A stretch of 29,705 bases of DNA from a virus (IMGVR_UViG_3300020045_000177:1-29705); one strand, 5' to 3'. Counted from the stretch's first letter, positions 18,989 through 28,480 are shown. Notes: a model not told the origin generated them from the sequence alone. Program-made: numbers and translations.

Positions 18989-19918
18989 TTAAGCGCCAGT
19001 AGAACCATAGATTGCACGTGGGTCTGACCAACCGAAAGAGTAACGAGCAGTTGCCTTGAACTTAGCGTTCTCGGTATCAAAGTCGTTATCCATCTCGAAA
19101 CCATCAGCACGACGCTCGAAATACTTGAGGCCATCATTAACATCAGTTAGGATAAACCAAGCATCTGGGTCTGTCAAGTAGTGATTGGTAACAACTTCAC
19201 TAAAGATGCCCATGTCTTTAAGGACATTAGGATCATTTAGATCAGTACCAACACGACCGTCAGAACCAAGAATACGCTTGACTTCAAACTGTTGTTGATA
19301 AGGGATAACAAGTTTCTTAGGCTTAGCAGCGATAAGAAGACCACGATCATCACGGAAACCGGCGATGTCAATAACAGCTTGCTCAAGAGCAGCTTCTGAC
19401 ATGTCGGCAGCAGTGGATGGACCATTGGTGAAAGTACCACCAGAAACGGTTGCATGTGAAGCGGAGCCACCACCAGCAGAAGCGATTAGGGAAGCACCGT
19501 CGCCACCAACATAGCTGGTATTGAAAGCACGATTGTAAACGTTAGCTGCGATGATTTCCTTGGTTTGACGCATTGAGCGAGCAAGACCCTTAGCCTTCTG
19601 TGCACCAACTTTACCGTACTGGTCATCTTCAAAGATCTCACGTGTGACGATGAAGCCTAGAGCATAGACGACATGGTTGTAACGTGAGGTGAAGCCTTGA
19701 CGCTCAGTATCATAAGTGATAGGAGCACCCTCGTTCTTAACAGAAGCTAGACCGAAGGAGCTAAGACCAACATCCTCTTCGTATGCTTTGTCTGAGGTGT
19801 TCTTTTCAAACAGCTTGGACCACTCTTCTGGATAGTCATTATAAGACTTACCATAGATAGCGTTAAGACCGGGCCAAAGTAGTTTGGCAAAACTGGAACT
19901 AGTAATAATACCTGACAT
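18989..19918 (-). CDS. Major capsid protein (HK97 fold, Mu gpT-like family)
   Basis: LWPGLNAIYG, SDKAYEE, KNEGAPITYD, YALGFIVTRE, LVIP, NHYLTDPDAWF, RYSFGWSDPRAIYGS; position after the scaffold genes. Confidence 0.92.
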   Translation of the reverse strand: MSGIITSSSFAKLLWPGLNAIYGKSYNDYPEEWSKLFEKNTSDKAYEEDVGLSSFGLASVKNEGAPITYDTERQGFTSRYNHVVYALGFIVTREIFEDDQYGKVGAQKAKGLARSMRQTKEIIAANVYNRAFNTSYVGGDGASLIASAGGGSASHATVSGGTFTNGPSTAADMSEAALEQAVIDIAGFRDDRGLLIAAKPKKLVIPYQQQFEVKRILGSDGRVGTDLNDPNVLKDMGIFSEVVTNHYLTDPDAWFILTDVNDGLKYFERRADGFEMDNDFDTENAKFKATARYSFGWSDPRAIYGSTGA

Positions 19919-19934
19919 TTTCTATTCCTTTTCT

Positions 19935-20570
19935 TTATACGCCAACGATGGCGTTACCCTGTGCATGGGTGGTTAGTTGTACAAGCACTTTGTTGTATGC
20001 ACCGGGAGCTTCGTTATCAACACGCTTAACAAAACCAACCACGTGAAGTGGGCGAGTTGCAGAAGCAGATGGGGAAGTTGCATTTACATACATACCAGAA
20101 GTACCAGTGGTGGTCAAACCAGAAGTGGCTAGGCAGCCGACGTCAGCATTCAGACCAATGTCAGCTAGGGCATAAGATGCAGTAGACTGAGCTTCAAAGA
20201 TAATATCTGGACTATCAGCAACTAGGACATATGCCTTGGTTGCAGCAGGAACGTATTGTGGGGTGTCTAGTGCAATAGAACCTGAGGTCATCTTACCATC
20301 GACAGGATCTAGTTTAGAATTGACAACACCAACAACAGAACCGATAACAACACCAGCAGTTACATCATTTGCAGTGGTTGCAGCAGAGAGAGACTTAACA
20401 GTGACTAGACCAGAGGTAGAGGCTTCAGTTGAACGAACAACGAGATCACCAACAAAGACTGGTACAGTTTCACCAACAGCAACTTCATAGATATTTGCCT
20501 GACCATTGTAAGGCGCACCTGAGAAGTGCTTTACTGGCTTGAAGCCAGAAACGCGAGAAGTATTAGCCAT
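19935..20570 (-). CDS. Capsid-associated (decoration/minor head) protein
   Basis: MANTSRVSGFKPV, VFVGDLV, YVLVADSPDIIFEAQ; directly upstream of the major capsid gene. Confidence 0.65.
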   Translation of the reverse strand: MANTSRVSGFKPVKHFSGAPYNGQANIYEVAVGETVPVFVGDLVVRSTEASTSGLVTVKSLSAATTANDVTAGVVIGSVVGVVNSKLDPVDGKMTSGSIALDTPQYVPAATKAYVLVADSPDIIFEAQSTASYALADIGLNADVGCLATSGLTTTGTSGMYVNATSPSASATRPLHVVGFVKRVDNEAPGAYNKVLVQLTTHAQGNAIVGV

Positions 20571-20600
20571 ACTTATTTATTCCTTTAAAATTAAAAGTGG

Positions 20601-20984
20601 TTACGACAGTTTTACAGAACCGTACATACCACGAGTATCTTGTGTAGAAGATTCTAGTTCGTCAATGTGTTTTGCCTTAGCTTTTTGATCTTCATCAAAG
20701 AACTCTTTCTTAGTACGCATTAGGAATGATGTAGTACCATCATTACTAACAACGCGCTTAGCAGAACCAAACTCACTAATATCAACAGCATTTGCATTAC
20801 CAACAACGACATCTGGATCAGTAACCAACTCATAACCTGCCTCTTGGAAGTTATGGATGCGACTACCAGTATCATTCACAAAACGATAGTGATAGTTGGG
20901 ATCTTTTTCACCGCTAACTGATTGTGGACCCCGGTTGAATAGGGGCTTGCGTTCTACACGCTTAGAAGAGACTTTAGCATTCAT
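20601..20984 (-). CDS. Head-module hypothetical protein
   Basis: 127 aa; YHYRFVND...FQEAGYELV...FLMRTKKEFFDEDQKAK; lies between the scaffold and capsid genes. Confidence 0.65.
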   Translation of the reverse strand: MNAKVSSKRVERKPLFNRGPQSVSGEKDPNYHYRFVNDTGSRIHNFQEAGYELVTDPDVVVGNANAVDISEFGSAKRVVSNDGTTSFLMRTKKEFFDEDQKAKAKHIDELESSTQDTRGMYGSVKLS

Positions 20985-21781
20985 TATTTAATACCTTTCA
21001 TAGCTTTGACTTGAGCAATATATTCATCTTTTGACATTACCCCGCTTCGTACAAAGGTATTCATTACTTTGCGTTCATCTTCTGTCAACTCAAAGGAACC
21101 CTTACCTGCGGTGGGAGCACTTGCTCCTTCAACACTGTTTGGTTTAGAACGGTTTGGATTAACAAACTTATCTTTAAACCTATTCTTTACTTGGGCAGTA
21201 ACATATTGTAAAACTTCTTCTGGTTCTAGATTCGGATTACGTTGGGCATAACCTGCACCCAAGGTATCAGCATAATCTCGCATTTCCCGATCTTTTTCAT
21301 ACCACTTATTTTCACCTACCCAAGTTACAAATCGTGGATCGGGTGGAGGTGGAGTTTGCTCTGTTACAATTTCACGTGCCTTCTGCTCAGTCTTGAGATC
21401 AGTAAGGAGTTCAGTTGCTTCTAGGTAACCATCAGAGTTGCCTTCTTCCAGATGTCGCTTCTGGAGAGCTTTCAATTCTGCTAATGCGTTTTTGTACTCA
21501 GTTTCTTTAACTTTAGAATGATGTTCTTGGAGCATCTTCAACGCTTTACGCGTTTCTTTTAGATCCTTACCCATTGAATCAATCTTACCGAAAAGCTCAC
21601 CGCGCTCCACAAATTCTTTTGCTGGACGCCACTTCTCAGGATCACCCTCGAATTCTTCTTTAGGACGCCAGCCTTGTTCTTTGGCTTGCTCTTCATAAGT
21701 ATTAGATGGTGTAGCAGAAACTTCTTGTTCAGCGACTTGGCTGGTTTCGCCCACTGGGGCTGCTTGTACTTCGTCAGTCAT
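20984..21781 (-). CDS. Capsid scaffolding protein
   Basis: Acidic N-terminus, GWRPKEEF...KWRPAKEFV, long coiled coil, C-terminal LTEDERKVM...GVMSKDEYI helix. Confidence 0.75.
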   Translation of the reverse strand: MTDEVQAAPVGETSQVAEQEVSATPSNTYEEQAKEQGWRPKEEFEGDPEKWRPAKEFVERGELFGKIDSMGKDLKETRKALKMLQEHHSKVKETEYKNALAELKALQKRHLEEGNSDGYLEATELLTDLKTEQKAREIVTEQTPPPPDPRFVTWVGENKWYEKDREMRDYADTLGAGYAQRNPNLEPEEVLQYVTAQVKNRFKDKFVNPNRSKPNSVEGASAPTAGKGSFELTEDERKVMNTFVRSGVMSKDEYIAQVKAMKGIK

Positions 21782-21790
21782 TTGATTCCC

Positions 21791-22087
21791 TTATTCAAGA
21801 ACACATAGAATGTCGATATCATTTACGATAACGAACTCAGATTTATCTACATCAACAACACTCTTACCAGAATATCGGTTAAGAGAGATACGATCACCTA
21901 CTTTCAAAATGTCAGGACCAAGTCCATAGTCTTTAAAAGCTGTAGGTCCAACTTGGACCACAGTGCCATATTCAACTGCTTTTCGTTCCTTCTTTTCATC
22001 TAGTGAGATGATGATACCAGAAGCTGTCTTAGTTTCAGGTTCATCTAGTTTGACTAGAACCGTGTGTAACAAGAGTTTAATGGACAT
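21791..22087 (-). CDS. groES: GroES/Cpn10-like co-chaperonin
   Basis: 98 aa; mobile loop ETKTASGIII, GTVVQVGP, LKVGDRI...YSG, IVNDIDILCV. Confidence 0.9.
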   Translation of the reverse strand: MSIKLLLHTVLVKLDEPETKTASGIIISLDEKKERKAVEYGTVVQVGPTAFKDYGLGPDILKVGDRISLNRYSGKSVVDVDKSEFVIVNDIDILCVLE

Positions 22088-22295
22088 CGTTATCCTCCTC
22101 TTGTTCTACTCGGAACTCTTGCATCTCACGGTAGGCAGTGACCATTCCGACAAGAGTTCTATCTTGCATAGGGTCAGAGCCTGCGCTATATGAGAGTAGA
22201 TCTTTGCATTCCTCGATCCGCTCTTGGGCGGCTTGGAAGAATGCTCGTGTCACTGAGTGTGCTTTCCACTCTTTAAAATCTGCTTGTGTAATCAT
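22077..22295 (-). CDS. Small hypothetical protein downstream of the portal
   Basis: 72 aa; FKEWKAHSVTRAFF; overlaps both neighbours. Confidence 0.65.
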   Translation of the reverse strand: MITQADFKEWKAHSVTRAFFQAAQERIEECKDLLSYSAGSDPMQDRTLVGMVTAYREMQEFRVEQEEDNDVH

Positions 22296-24304
22296 TTACT
22301 AGGCTTCCCTTTGGATTGCGCTAATTGATGTTTATGTGCTTCTTGTTTTTGCTGCATTTGTTGTTGATGGGATACTGCTTTAGTAGTCACATCGACTCGT
22401 GCTTGTTGTGCTTGTAGCTGCATCTTCTGACCAGCCTCAGCTTGTGCTAGATGACCTTTAAGGATAGCTTCAGTTTGTTTTGCTTGTAGTTCTTGTTGAA
22501 CCTGAGCAGCACGAAGTTGAAGTTCTTGCTCTTTAGTGGACTTCTCAATAGCCATCTTATGCTCAGCGACTTGCATCTGAATCTGTGCCTTCTGTTGGTC
22601 AACTTGAGCTTTCGCTTTAATTGCTTCCATCTTAGGATCAGGTTGAGGCTGCTGTGCTTGCTTAAGACCTTGTTGCCAATCTTGAATCTCATGAGCTTCC
22701 ATATATTTCTTGGTAGCCCACATTGGATCAATTGTACCAAGTTGCAAGATCTGCATAATCGCCTGCACCTTCGCTTGTTTCTCTTGTGAAGAGACAGCAT
22801 TAGGATCAGCGGCTGGTACAATGTCGTTTACAGAACCTAGATAATCACTCTGTTGAATTGGTTGATCCAACACATCAATCTCTTCTTGTGGGTTGAGATA
22901 CTTGCGATTGAGTCTGTAGATCTTACGAAACTCTGAAGTAAGTGATCGGTAGATACGTTTGTAAATAGCGGTGAAAACTTTCATACCTTGTTCGATAGAC
23001 GCCATCGTAGTCGTGGCAGGTGTGTTCTGCCCCGGCATCTTGCCAACAAAGATCTCTGCGACGGAGGCCAATTCTTTACCAGACTTCAACAGAAGATCCA
23101 GTAGGTTGAATAGGACTTGAGATGGTTCACGAACTGGAAGCGGAAAGATCTGCTTCTTAAGATCATCACCAACGGCGTTGACAGCTTTCCACTCACCGGG
23201 TTGGAATCGAGATTCACCCATTTTGATTCGTAAACCCTTACCAATAAAACCTGCTTGTAGGTTGCTGAGAGAACCAGCATCAACAAGTTGATTGATCAGA
23301 GTGTTTGCAGAGTTGTTTAATGGGCCAAGTAAACACCCAAACCCAATGTCGTAGAAACCGCCATCAGGATTAGGTATAAAGGGATACTTGGTGTAATACT
23401 GGATTGCTTGGATCGCAGTGACTTTACCTTTGTCATCAAGTTCAACTCCCTCATGATCAAAGCGTGGTACGATGCGTAGTACTTTCCGCGAAGCATATTC
23501 AGTAGTGACAATGTAAGGTTCAGAGTAGCCATCTTCGTCTAGATCCAAATAAGTATGTTGCTCTAGCAGAGTATATGGTGTAGTCTCATCTTCTGCTGTA
23601 TCATGTTGAAACACTTTGTTGATCGAGGTTGTCATGTCATCAGTAGAGTCGATGATTGGATCACCTAGATCAATATCAAGAAAGATACCACGATTCTGAC
23701 GTTCTTTAATCTGACGTTTTGTCAGGTAGAAGACTTCAGTAATTCGTTCAGCATCCTCGATATTACGACAGTAGTAGTTAACTACAAGAGTCTTTGGTAG
23801 AACTAACTTAGAGCAGTTGCGCTGCTTAGAAGCATCCCAATATGTCTTCTTAAAACATGTACCAGCAATCGGTAGTGTGATAAGCAGTTTATCCATATCT
23901 TCTTCCCAGTCATCCATCTCATCAGTAACTTGATAAGACATGTGCTTGGAAATGCGATCTGCGCGTTCCGCCTTCTGGTTGTAAGGATCAGAACCAATCA
24001 CCTTGCATTTAACGATCTTCCCATCAGACGGTACAAGGGTTGGATATGCTCTTGCGGCGAACTGCATTGCAGCAGTTGCTAACAGAGGATACTTGATGTT
24101 AGCAGCATTAGGCCACGGGAAGGTCTTATCGTTAGCTACTTGTAGAGCTAACTCAGTCCAAGTCTTTAAATCCTTTTCCCAAGGTTTGCGTGAGTCTTTA
24201 TCAATGTCGAAACCATCAACAACTTGATTAGCAATTTTCTTGAGTTTTTCATCATCTAAATCTTCTGCAATATTAACAGAATCAAGTGCTGTACTTAGTT
24301 TCAT
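22292..24304 (-). CDS. Portal protein (podovirus type, with Gln-rich helical C-terminal barrel)
   Basis: Follows terL; FPWPNAANIKYPLLATAAMQFAAR, GTCFKKTYWD, INQLVDAG; long Q/A-rich helical C-terminus; probable start ATG 24304. Confidence 0.9.
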   Translation of the reverse strand: MKLSTALDSVNIAEDLDDEKLKKIANQVVDGFDIDKDSRKPWEKDLKTWTELALQVANDKTFPWPNAANIKYPLLATAAMQFAARAYPTLVPSDGKIVKCKVIGSDPYNQKAERADRISKHMSYQVTDEMDDWEEDMDKLLITLPIAGTCFKKTYWDASKQRNCSKLVLPKTLVVNYYCRNIEDAERITEVFYLTKRQIKERQNRGIFLDIDLGDPIIDSTDDMTTSINKVFQHDTAEDETTPYTLLEQHTYLDLDEDGYSEPYIVTTEYASRKVLRIVPRFDHEGVELDDKGKVTAIQAIQYYTKYPFIPNPDGGFYDIGFGCLLGPLNNSANTLINQLVDAGSLSNLQAGFIGKGLRIKMGESRFQPGEWKAVNAVGDDLKKQIFPLPVREPSQVLFNLLDLLLKSGKELASVAEIFVGKMPGQNTPATTTMASIEQGMKVFTAIYKRIYRSLTSEFRKIYRLNRKYLNPQEEIDVLDQPIQQSDYLGSVNDIVPAADPNAVSSQEKQAKVQAIMQILQLGTIDPMWATKKYMEAHEIQDWQQGLKQAQQPQPDPKMEAIKAKAQVDQQKAQIQMQVAEHKMAIEKSTKEQELQLRAAQVQQELQAKQTEAILKGHLAQAEAGQKMQLQAQQARVDVTTKAVSHQQQMQQKQEAHKHQLAQSKGKPSK

Positions 24305-24306
24305 AT

Positions 24307-25863
24307 TTAGTAACCTGTGCAAAGATCGCGTCCGACGTCACCGTGACCGCTTTCGTTATATTCTGCATCATAATCTTCATCAATTACTTCTGCCTGTGTT
24401 AGACCCTCAGACATACGATCAATTAAGATACCTTGGTAAGACAGAGCATCAACTACGTCATCATGCTTAGCTCGTGGAAATGACATACACTCGTCCTCGA
24501 ACGTCAACCACCAATCCGCCTGTTTGTCAAACTTAACCATCTGTGCACGCATACGCGCTTGGATGGATCTAGCTCGTTGGATCTTATCTTGTCTATGTGG
24601 TTTTAACATCACAGTGTTTAGATAGATACCAGTTTCTGCCATTGTTCTATTCAGGTAAGGACCAAGTGCTTTGGAGATCTGTGTATCCTCAATACCAACA
24701 GCAATGGGGTTATATACCTTCTGTAGTGTCATTAGTGTTGCCACGATCTCGTCACCGGACAGTCGTTCTCTGATGCAGTTTACAATGTGCAACTGACCAT
24801 TACTATCCATACCACCAACCAAAATTGCGGTGTAGTCAGCACGATCTTTCTCCGAGATTGCTAAGTCTGCTGTGATGTAAAATGTCTTATTTTTCTTTCT
24901 ATCTTCCTCAGTCATATGTAGGAAGTCTCCCTTGCGGAAGTAGCGAATAGAATCATCAACAGGATTACAGAGATACTCACAAGCATAGACTTCTGGGATA
25001 CCCTGCTCAAAGAAGTCTTGACGCAGTTCCTCGAAAAAGACTTGTGTCTTACGTTCAGGCCAGAGTAACTTAGAGTAGTCATGATTATGTGCTCTAAATT
25101 TGACAGAGCGCCACATGCCTAGCTTTTTAGTTGAGTATGTTCTTAGATCTTCTACGACAGTGTTCTTGGCATTCTCTTTGGGCATGAGAGCTTCAAGAGG
25201 GTCATCAAGATTCATCGGTGTGCCTACAAACCGAATTATCCCTCTCTCTGATCTACAAGGGATCAGCGAACCGTAGACCCAACGGCGGAGTTTATCACGA
25301 CGATCTTTGTTAGCAACAAGTTCCTCGTTCATCAAGTCATCAATTACAATCATGTCAGGACGTTGACCATCCCACAACATACCACGTAATTTCTGCTCAG
25401 CACCCTTAGCGACAATGCGGAAACGACCACCATCTGTAAAATTACAAATGATGTCAGTCTCCGTGTCCTTCTCAAAGAAAGCACCCTTCTCATTAGTACG
25501 AATACCAAAGAGTTGGTGAATTTCCTGTGAGTCGTACAGAATCTGCTTGATTTGACCTAAAAAGAGGCTTGCTTGGGCTTCTGTGTCTGCGACAATGAGG
25601 ATATATTTTCGTTGTCTAAACAGTGCACAAGCCAATGTATATGTGATTGTGATGGTAGTAGACTTAGAATGTCCACGAGGGGCACAGATTGCAACAAACT
25701 TGTCGTCTGAACAGCATAGTTCCCACCATTCCCGGTGAAATCCGGCAAATTGACTGGCTTCGTCATAATATTTTGTTAAACATGATGTAGCAAAACCCTC
25801 AACAATTTCTTTTGTTAGTCTAGGATACTCAGGCTTTTTTCCGTTCCCGTTTACTGGTCTCAC
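24307..25863 (-). CDS. terL: Terminase large subunit
   Basis: Walker A APRGHSKST, Walker B IVIDD, VGTP coupling motif, nuclease acidic motifs ITADLA, DYTA and FPRAKHDDVVDA. Confidence 0.95.
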   Translation of the reverse strand: MRPVNGNGKKPEYPRLTKEIVEGFATSCLTKYYDEASQFAGFHREWWELCCSDDKFVAICAPRGHSKSTTITITYTLACALFRQRKYILIVADTEAQASLFLGQIKQILYDSQEIHQLFGIRTNEKGAFFEKDTETDIICNFTDGGRFRIVAKGAEQKLRGMLWDGQRPDMIVIDDLMNEELVANKDRRDKLRRWVYGSLIPCRSERGIIRFVGTPMNLDDPLEALMPKENAKNTVVEDLRTYSTKKLGMWRSVKFRAHNHDYSKLLWPERKTQVFFEELRQDFFEQGIPEVYACEYLCNPVDDSIRYFRKGDFLHMTEEDRKKNKTFYITADLAISEKDRADYTAILVGGMDSNGQLHIVNCIRERLSGDEIVATLMTLQKVYNPIAVGIEDTQISKALGPYLNRTMAETGIYLNTVMLKPHRQDKIQRARSIQARMRAQMVKFDKQADWWLTFEDECMSFPRAKHDDVVDALSYQGILIDRMSEGLTQAEVIDEDYDAEYNESGHGDVGRDLCTGY

Positions 25864-26137
25864 TCTTCATGCTCCCGTTCTTATTACGGCTGAAAGATCT
25901 ATTCTCGCCAGCATTCTGTAGAAATAAATTAGCGAGGCCGTTTTGACCTCCCTTGCTTACTGCTTTCTTATGGCCCACATCGCCCTTCAAAGCTGTACGC
26001 TTTACTCCAGCTTTCTTAGCCACTAGCCCCCTCGCTCGGTTACGTTGTGCCCTAGCTTTATCACGTTCAGGATGCTTCTTTTCATAAAGTGCTTCCTCTT
26101 TTTTGTAGTCCCTTCGGCCTGCTGTCATATAAGGCAA
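25829..26137 (-). CDS. Small basic HNH-like protein adjacent to terL
   Basis: RDYKKE...RAQRNRAR...DVGHKKAVSKGG.N...NL......NRS; TTG start after GAGGA. Confidence 0.7.
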   Translation of the reverse strand: MPYMTAGRRDYKKEEALYEKKHPERDKARAQRNRARGLVAKKAGVKRTALKGDVGHKKAVSKGGQNGLANLFLQNAGENRSFSRNKNGSMKSETSKRERKKA

Positions 26138-26661
26138 GATACATATTCCTCAGTAGGAAAGTTATTTGATTTTTTAATGTTAATCTTTTTAGGTAGTAAC
26201 TGTAAATTTTCCCACACATGTAACCCACAAACAACGTCACTCTTAAGAGGGTAGATATGATCCACATCCATTTGCATGTATACTGCCTCTAAGTAAACAT
26301 CACGGATTAGATTTGTATCAGCCCATGTTGGAGTAGCATTCTTCTTTGTAGCTCTGCGTCTTGCTGCTTTAATCCGATCATTACCATTTAACTTTTGCTT
26401 GAGTCTTATTGCAGCAATTTTATCTGGATTCTCTTGTTGCCAATTACGAACAGAATCTCTTTTCTTTTGTTTTGTTATTTCTGGATCACTAGTAAGCGAA
26501 GATTGCCTTGATAAGCTACCAACACGTTTTAGATAAGACTTGCGGTTTGCCTCTCGCATATATGCTAACTGGTATTCACGGCTTAATTGAGAGTAGGCTA
26601 CTTTACCGTGTGGATTTTTCCTACCCGTATTTCCGTGAATGCCGTTTTTCATAAAAGGCAT
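26125..26661 (-). CDS. HNH homing endonuclease
   Basis: Basic N-half; RRATKKNATPTWAD...DVDHIYPL...VCGLHVWENLQLL...N..KSN; RBS AGGAG. Confidence 0.88.
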   Translation of the reverse strand: MPFMKNGIHGNTGRKNPHGKVAYSQLSREYQLAYMREANRKSYLKRVGSLSRQSSLTSDPEITKQKKRDSVRNWQQENPDKIAAIRLKQKLNGNDRIKAARRRATKKNATPTWADTNLIRDVYLEAVYMQMDVDHIYPLKSDVVCGLHVWENLQLLPKKINIKKSNNFPTEEYVSCLI

Positions 26662-26704
26662 TTTGTTACTCCTAGTTATCTGAGATTTTTATTAGGTGAT
26701 TACA

Positions 26705-28480
26705 CTATATAAAATATGTGCCAGAGATATAAAGCGACCCACTGGTATCCATGCTAAGTGGAGAAGTAGTTGACGCAGATGCACTGGAGGTTATGTTTAC
26801 ATCCACACTCCCCGGACCAACATATCCACTTAACACATTTGGATATGTGAGATCGTCAGCAAAGATACTCACGACTCCAAACACAGTCCCCGGATCAGCA
26901 GCAACCGGCAACCCACGAATAACCATTGCGCCAGACCCAGTGTGCGCTGACCAGATAATGCTTAGGCAGAATGAAACCGTATTTCCATTGACGCTATATT
27001 TGCCGCTTTGTCTTGAGTATGTGCCTGTTCCATTTACCGATGTTCCGATAATGTAAGGTGTAAAGTCACCTTGAGCCGGGACGCTAACACCCGTGTTTCC
27101 AATCCGTATCGAAGTGATAGAACCCGGATTGCCAACGAAAACATCACAATTTTCACCGACGTTCCCATAAACAAAATTATCTCCGGGCGCATATAAACCA
27201 TAACCATTAGAAACAACTCTAATAATTTGGTTGTTTGCAATCTGATTACCATCACCTTCAATCGTGATCTGATTTACTGGGGCGGAGTTATCTTTATTGC
27301 AGTCATATACAAAGTTGTCCGATATTTTAGAGTTGCTATAGGTAAGCACTACGCCAGATAGGCCGCACCCTTGGGCAGAATTTCCTACAAAACTGTTATG
27401 CTTTCCATCGCCATAAAACCCGGTGTTTTTATTTCCGTAGGTTTTATTTCCAGTTATATGGTGGTTTGATTCGATCAGGCCTGTATGCGGATAGTCAGAC
27501 GAAACATCAAATCCATCGTAATAACAATACCTAGTAAGGTTGTTATCAATAAGCATTCGATAACAGCGGAAGTCATTTGTATTGAAATTCTGGTAAGTTT
27601 TTATTCCTGATTCGCCAGCACCGCTAACAATATTTCCAGTTGCTATCCCGTCATAGTTTCGAGCAAACGCAATACCTGAGAAGCTGGCATCGGTGACTGT
27701 ATTGTTAATTGCGGAGTTTTCATAACCAGCGTGTTCGACATTCCAAAAAAGAATACCAGCACCATAGTTTTTACCTGCCCTGATATTGCAGTCTCTGACA
27801 GTGGACTTTGATGCGTGTTTAAGAATGATTGATACAAATTCGCCAGTAATATTACTAACCCTGATATTTGTAGCTAGTTGCTCGAATATGATCTGAGGCC
27901 CGATATTTTGGTTTTGCTGTGCAGTCGTTAGCGATCCCCATAAGTCTGTGTCATTAACGGTTGGCTGATAGCCTGACGCATTTGATTGAACCGGAGTTGG
28001 CACGGCAGACCAGTTAGATGGATCTCGGGTGATAATCCAAGGCGCGGTAATATTTTCGAGTTCAATGTTGTCAACAATTGAATCAGTGCCTGACGTAACC
28101 GTTAAAACTGGATCATCTGATAAGATTTTCCCGCTACCATCGCTAAACCAAACAACCTTTCCGGTATACGTAACGCCTGAAATCTTGAATGTGCCGCCAG
28201 AGAAATCTACTGGCCGACCTGTGTTTGTTGCGAGTTGTGCGGCAGCAGTTGAATCTGTTGATCCAGTCGGGTCAGCCCCAAAGTCTTTAACACTCACACT
28301 CTCCCGGAGCTTACTCTGAACATCGCGATTGATAGCACCAGTACCAGCAGGAGTAAATTCAATCTTATCTGATGTGTGTTCTATAGTTTCTAGATTATTT
28401 ACATGATCGTTTACACTGTTAAGCCAATCAGATGTAATAGTTGTACCAGAGGCAAATGTTGTATTAACAGGTGCAGTCAT
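26705..28480 (-). CDS. Tailspike 2: P22 tailspike-like (GH90 endorhamnosidase-type) beta-helix
   Basis: Anchor RDVQSKLRESVSVKDFGA. Motifs recalled from P22 gp9 occur in the same order: PW, GYQPTV, QNI, AGESG(I/V)KT(Y/W)Q, DGFD, DYP, GF..DGK, NQI. C-terminal GLP...ISGTY beta domain. Confidence 0.85.
   Translation of the reverse strand: MTAPVNTTFASGTTITSDWLNSVNDHVNNLETIEHTSDKIEFTPAGTGAINRDVQSKLRESVSVKDFGADPTGSTDSTAAAQLATNTGRPVDFSGGTFKISGVTYTGKVVWFSDGSGKILSDDPVLTVTSGTDSIVDNIELENITAPWIITRDPSNWSAVPTPVQSNASGYQPTVNDTDLWGSLTTAQQNQNIGPQIIFEQLATNIRVSNITGEFVSIILKHASKSTVRDCNIRAGKNYGAGILFWNVEHAGYENSAINNTVTDASFSGIAFARNYDGIATGNIVSGAGESGIKTYQNFNTNDFRCYRMLIDNNLTRYCYYDGFDVSSDYPHTGLIESNHHITGNKTYGNKNTGFYGDGKHNSFVGNSAQGCGLSGVVLTYSNSKISDNFVYDCNKDNSAPVNQITIEGDGNQIANNQIIRVVSNGYGLYAPGDNFVYGNVGENCDVFVGNPGSITSIRIGNTGVSVPAQGDFTPYIIGTSVNGTGTYSRQSGKYSVNGNTVSFCLSIIWSAHTGSGAMVIRGLPVAADPGTVFGVVSIFADDLTYPNVLSGYVGPGSVDVNITSSASASTTSPLSMDTSGSLYISGTYFI
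28345..28429. repeat. Left copy of an 85-bp perfect inverted repeat, inside the tailspike 2 5' region
   Basis: Its reverse complement equals 29621-29705 base for base. Confidence 0.95.

Noticed and set aside
7627-20984. Repeated TAATG stop-start overlaps (7627, 10361, 11815, 13815, 16500, 16916, 18137, 20984)
   Set aside because: These are real but represent ordinary translational coupling in phage late operons; I saw no evidence of programmed frameshifting.
26125-26704. Group I intron hosting the HNH gene
   Set aside because: The ORF has its own RBS and overlaps the next gene; only ~43 nt of flanking non-coding sequence exists, too little for a ribozyme core.
2879-28319. Many 60-125 aa antisense or alternate-frame ORFs in the ORF track
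   Set aside because: They lie within long well-supported genes, show no recognisable motifs, and are the expected shadows of codon bias.
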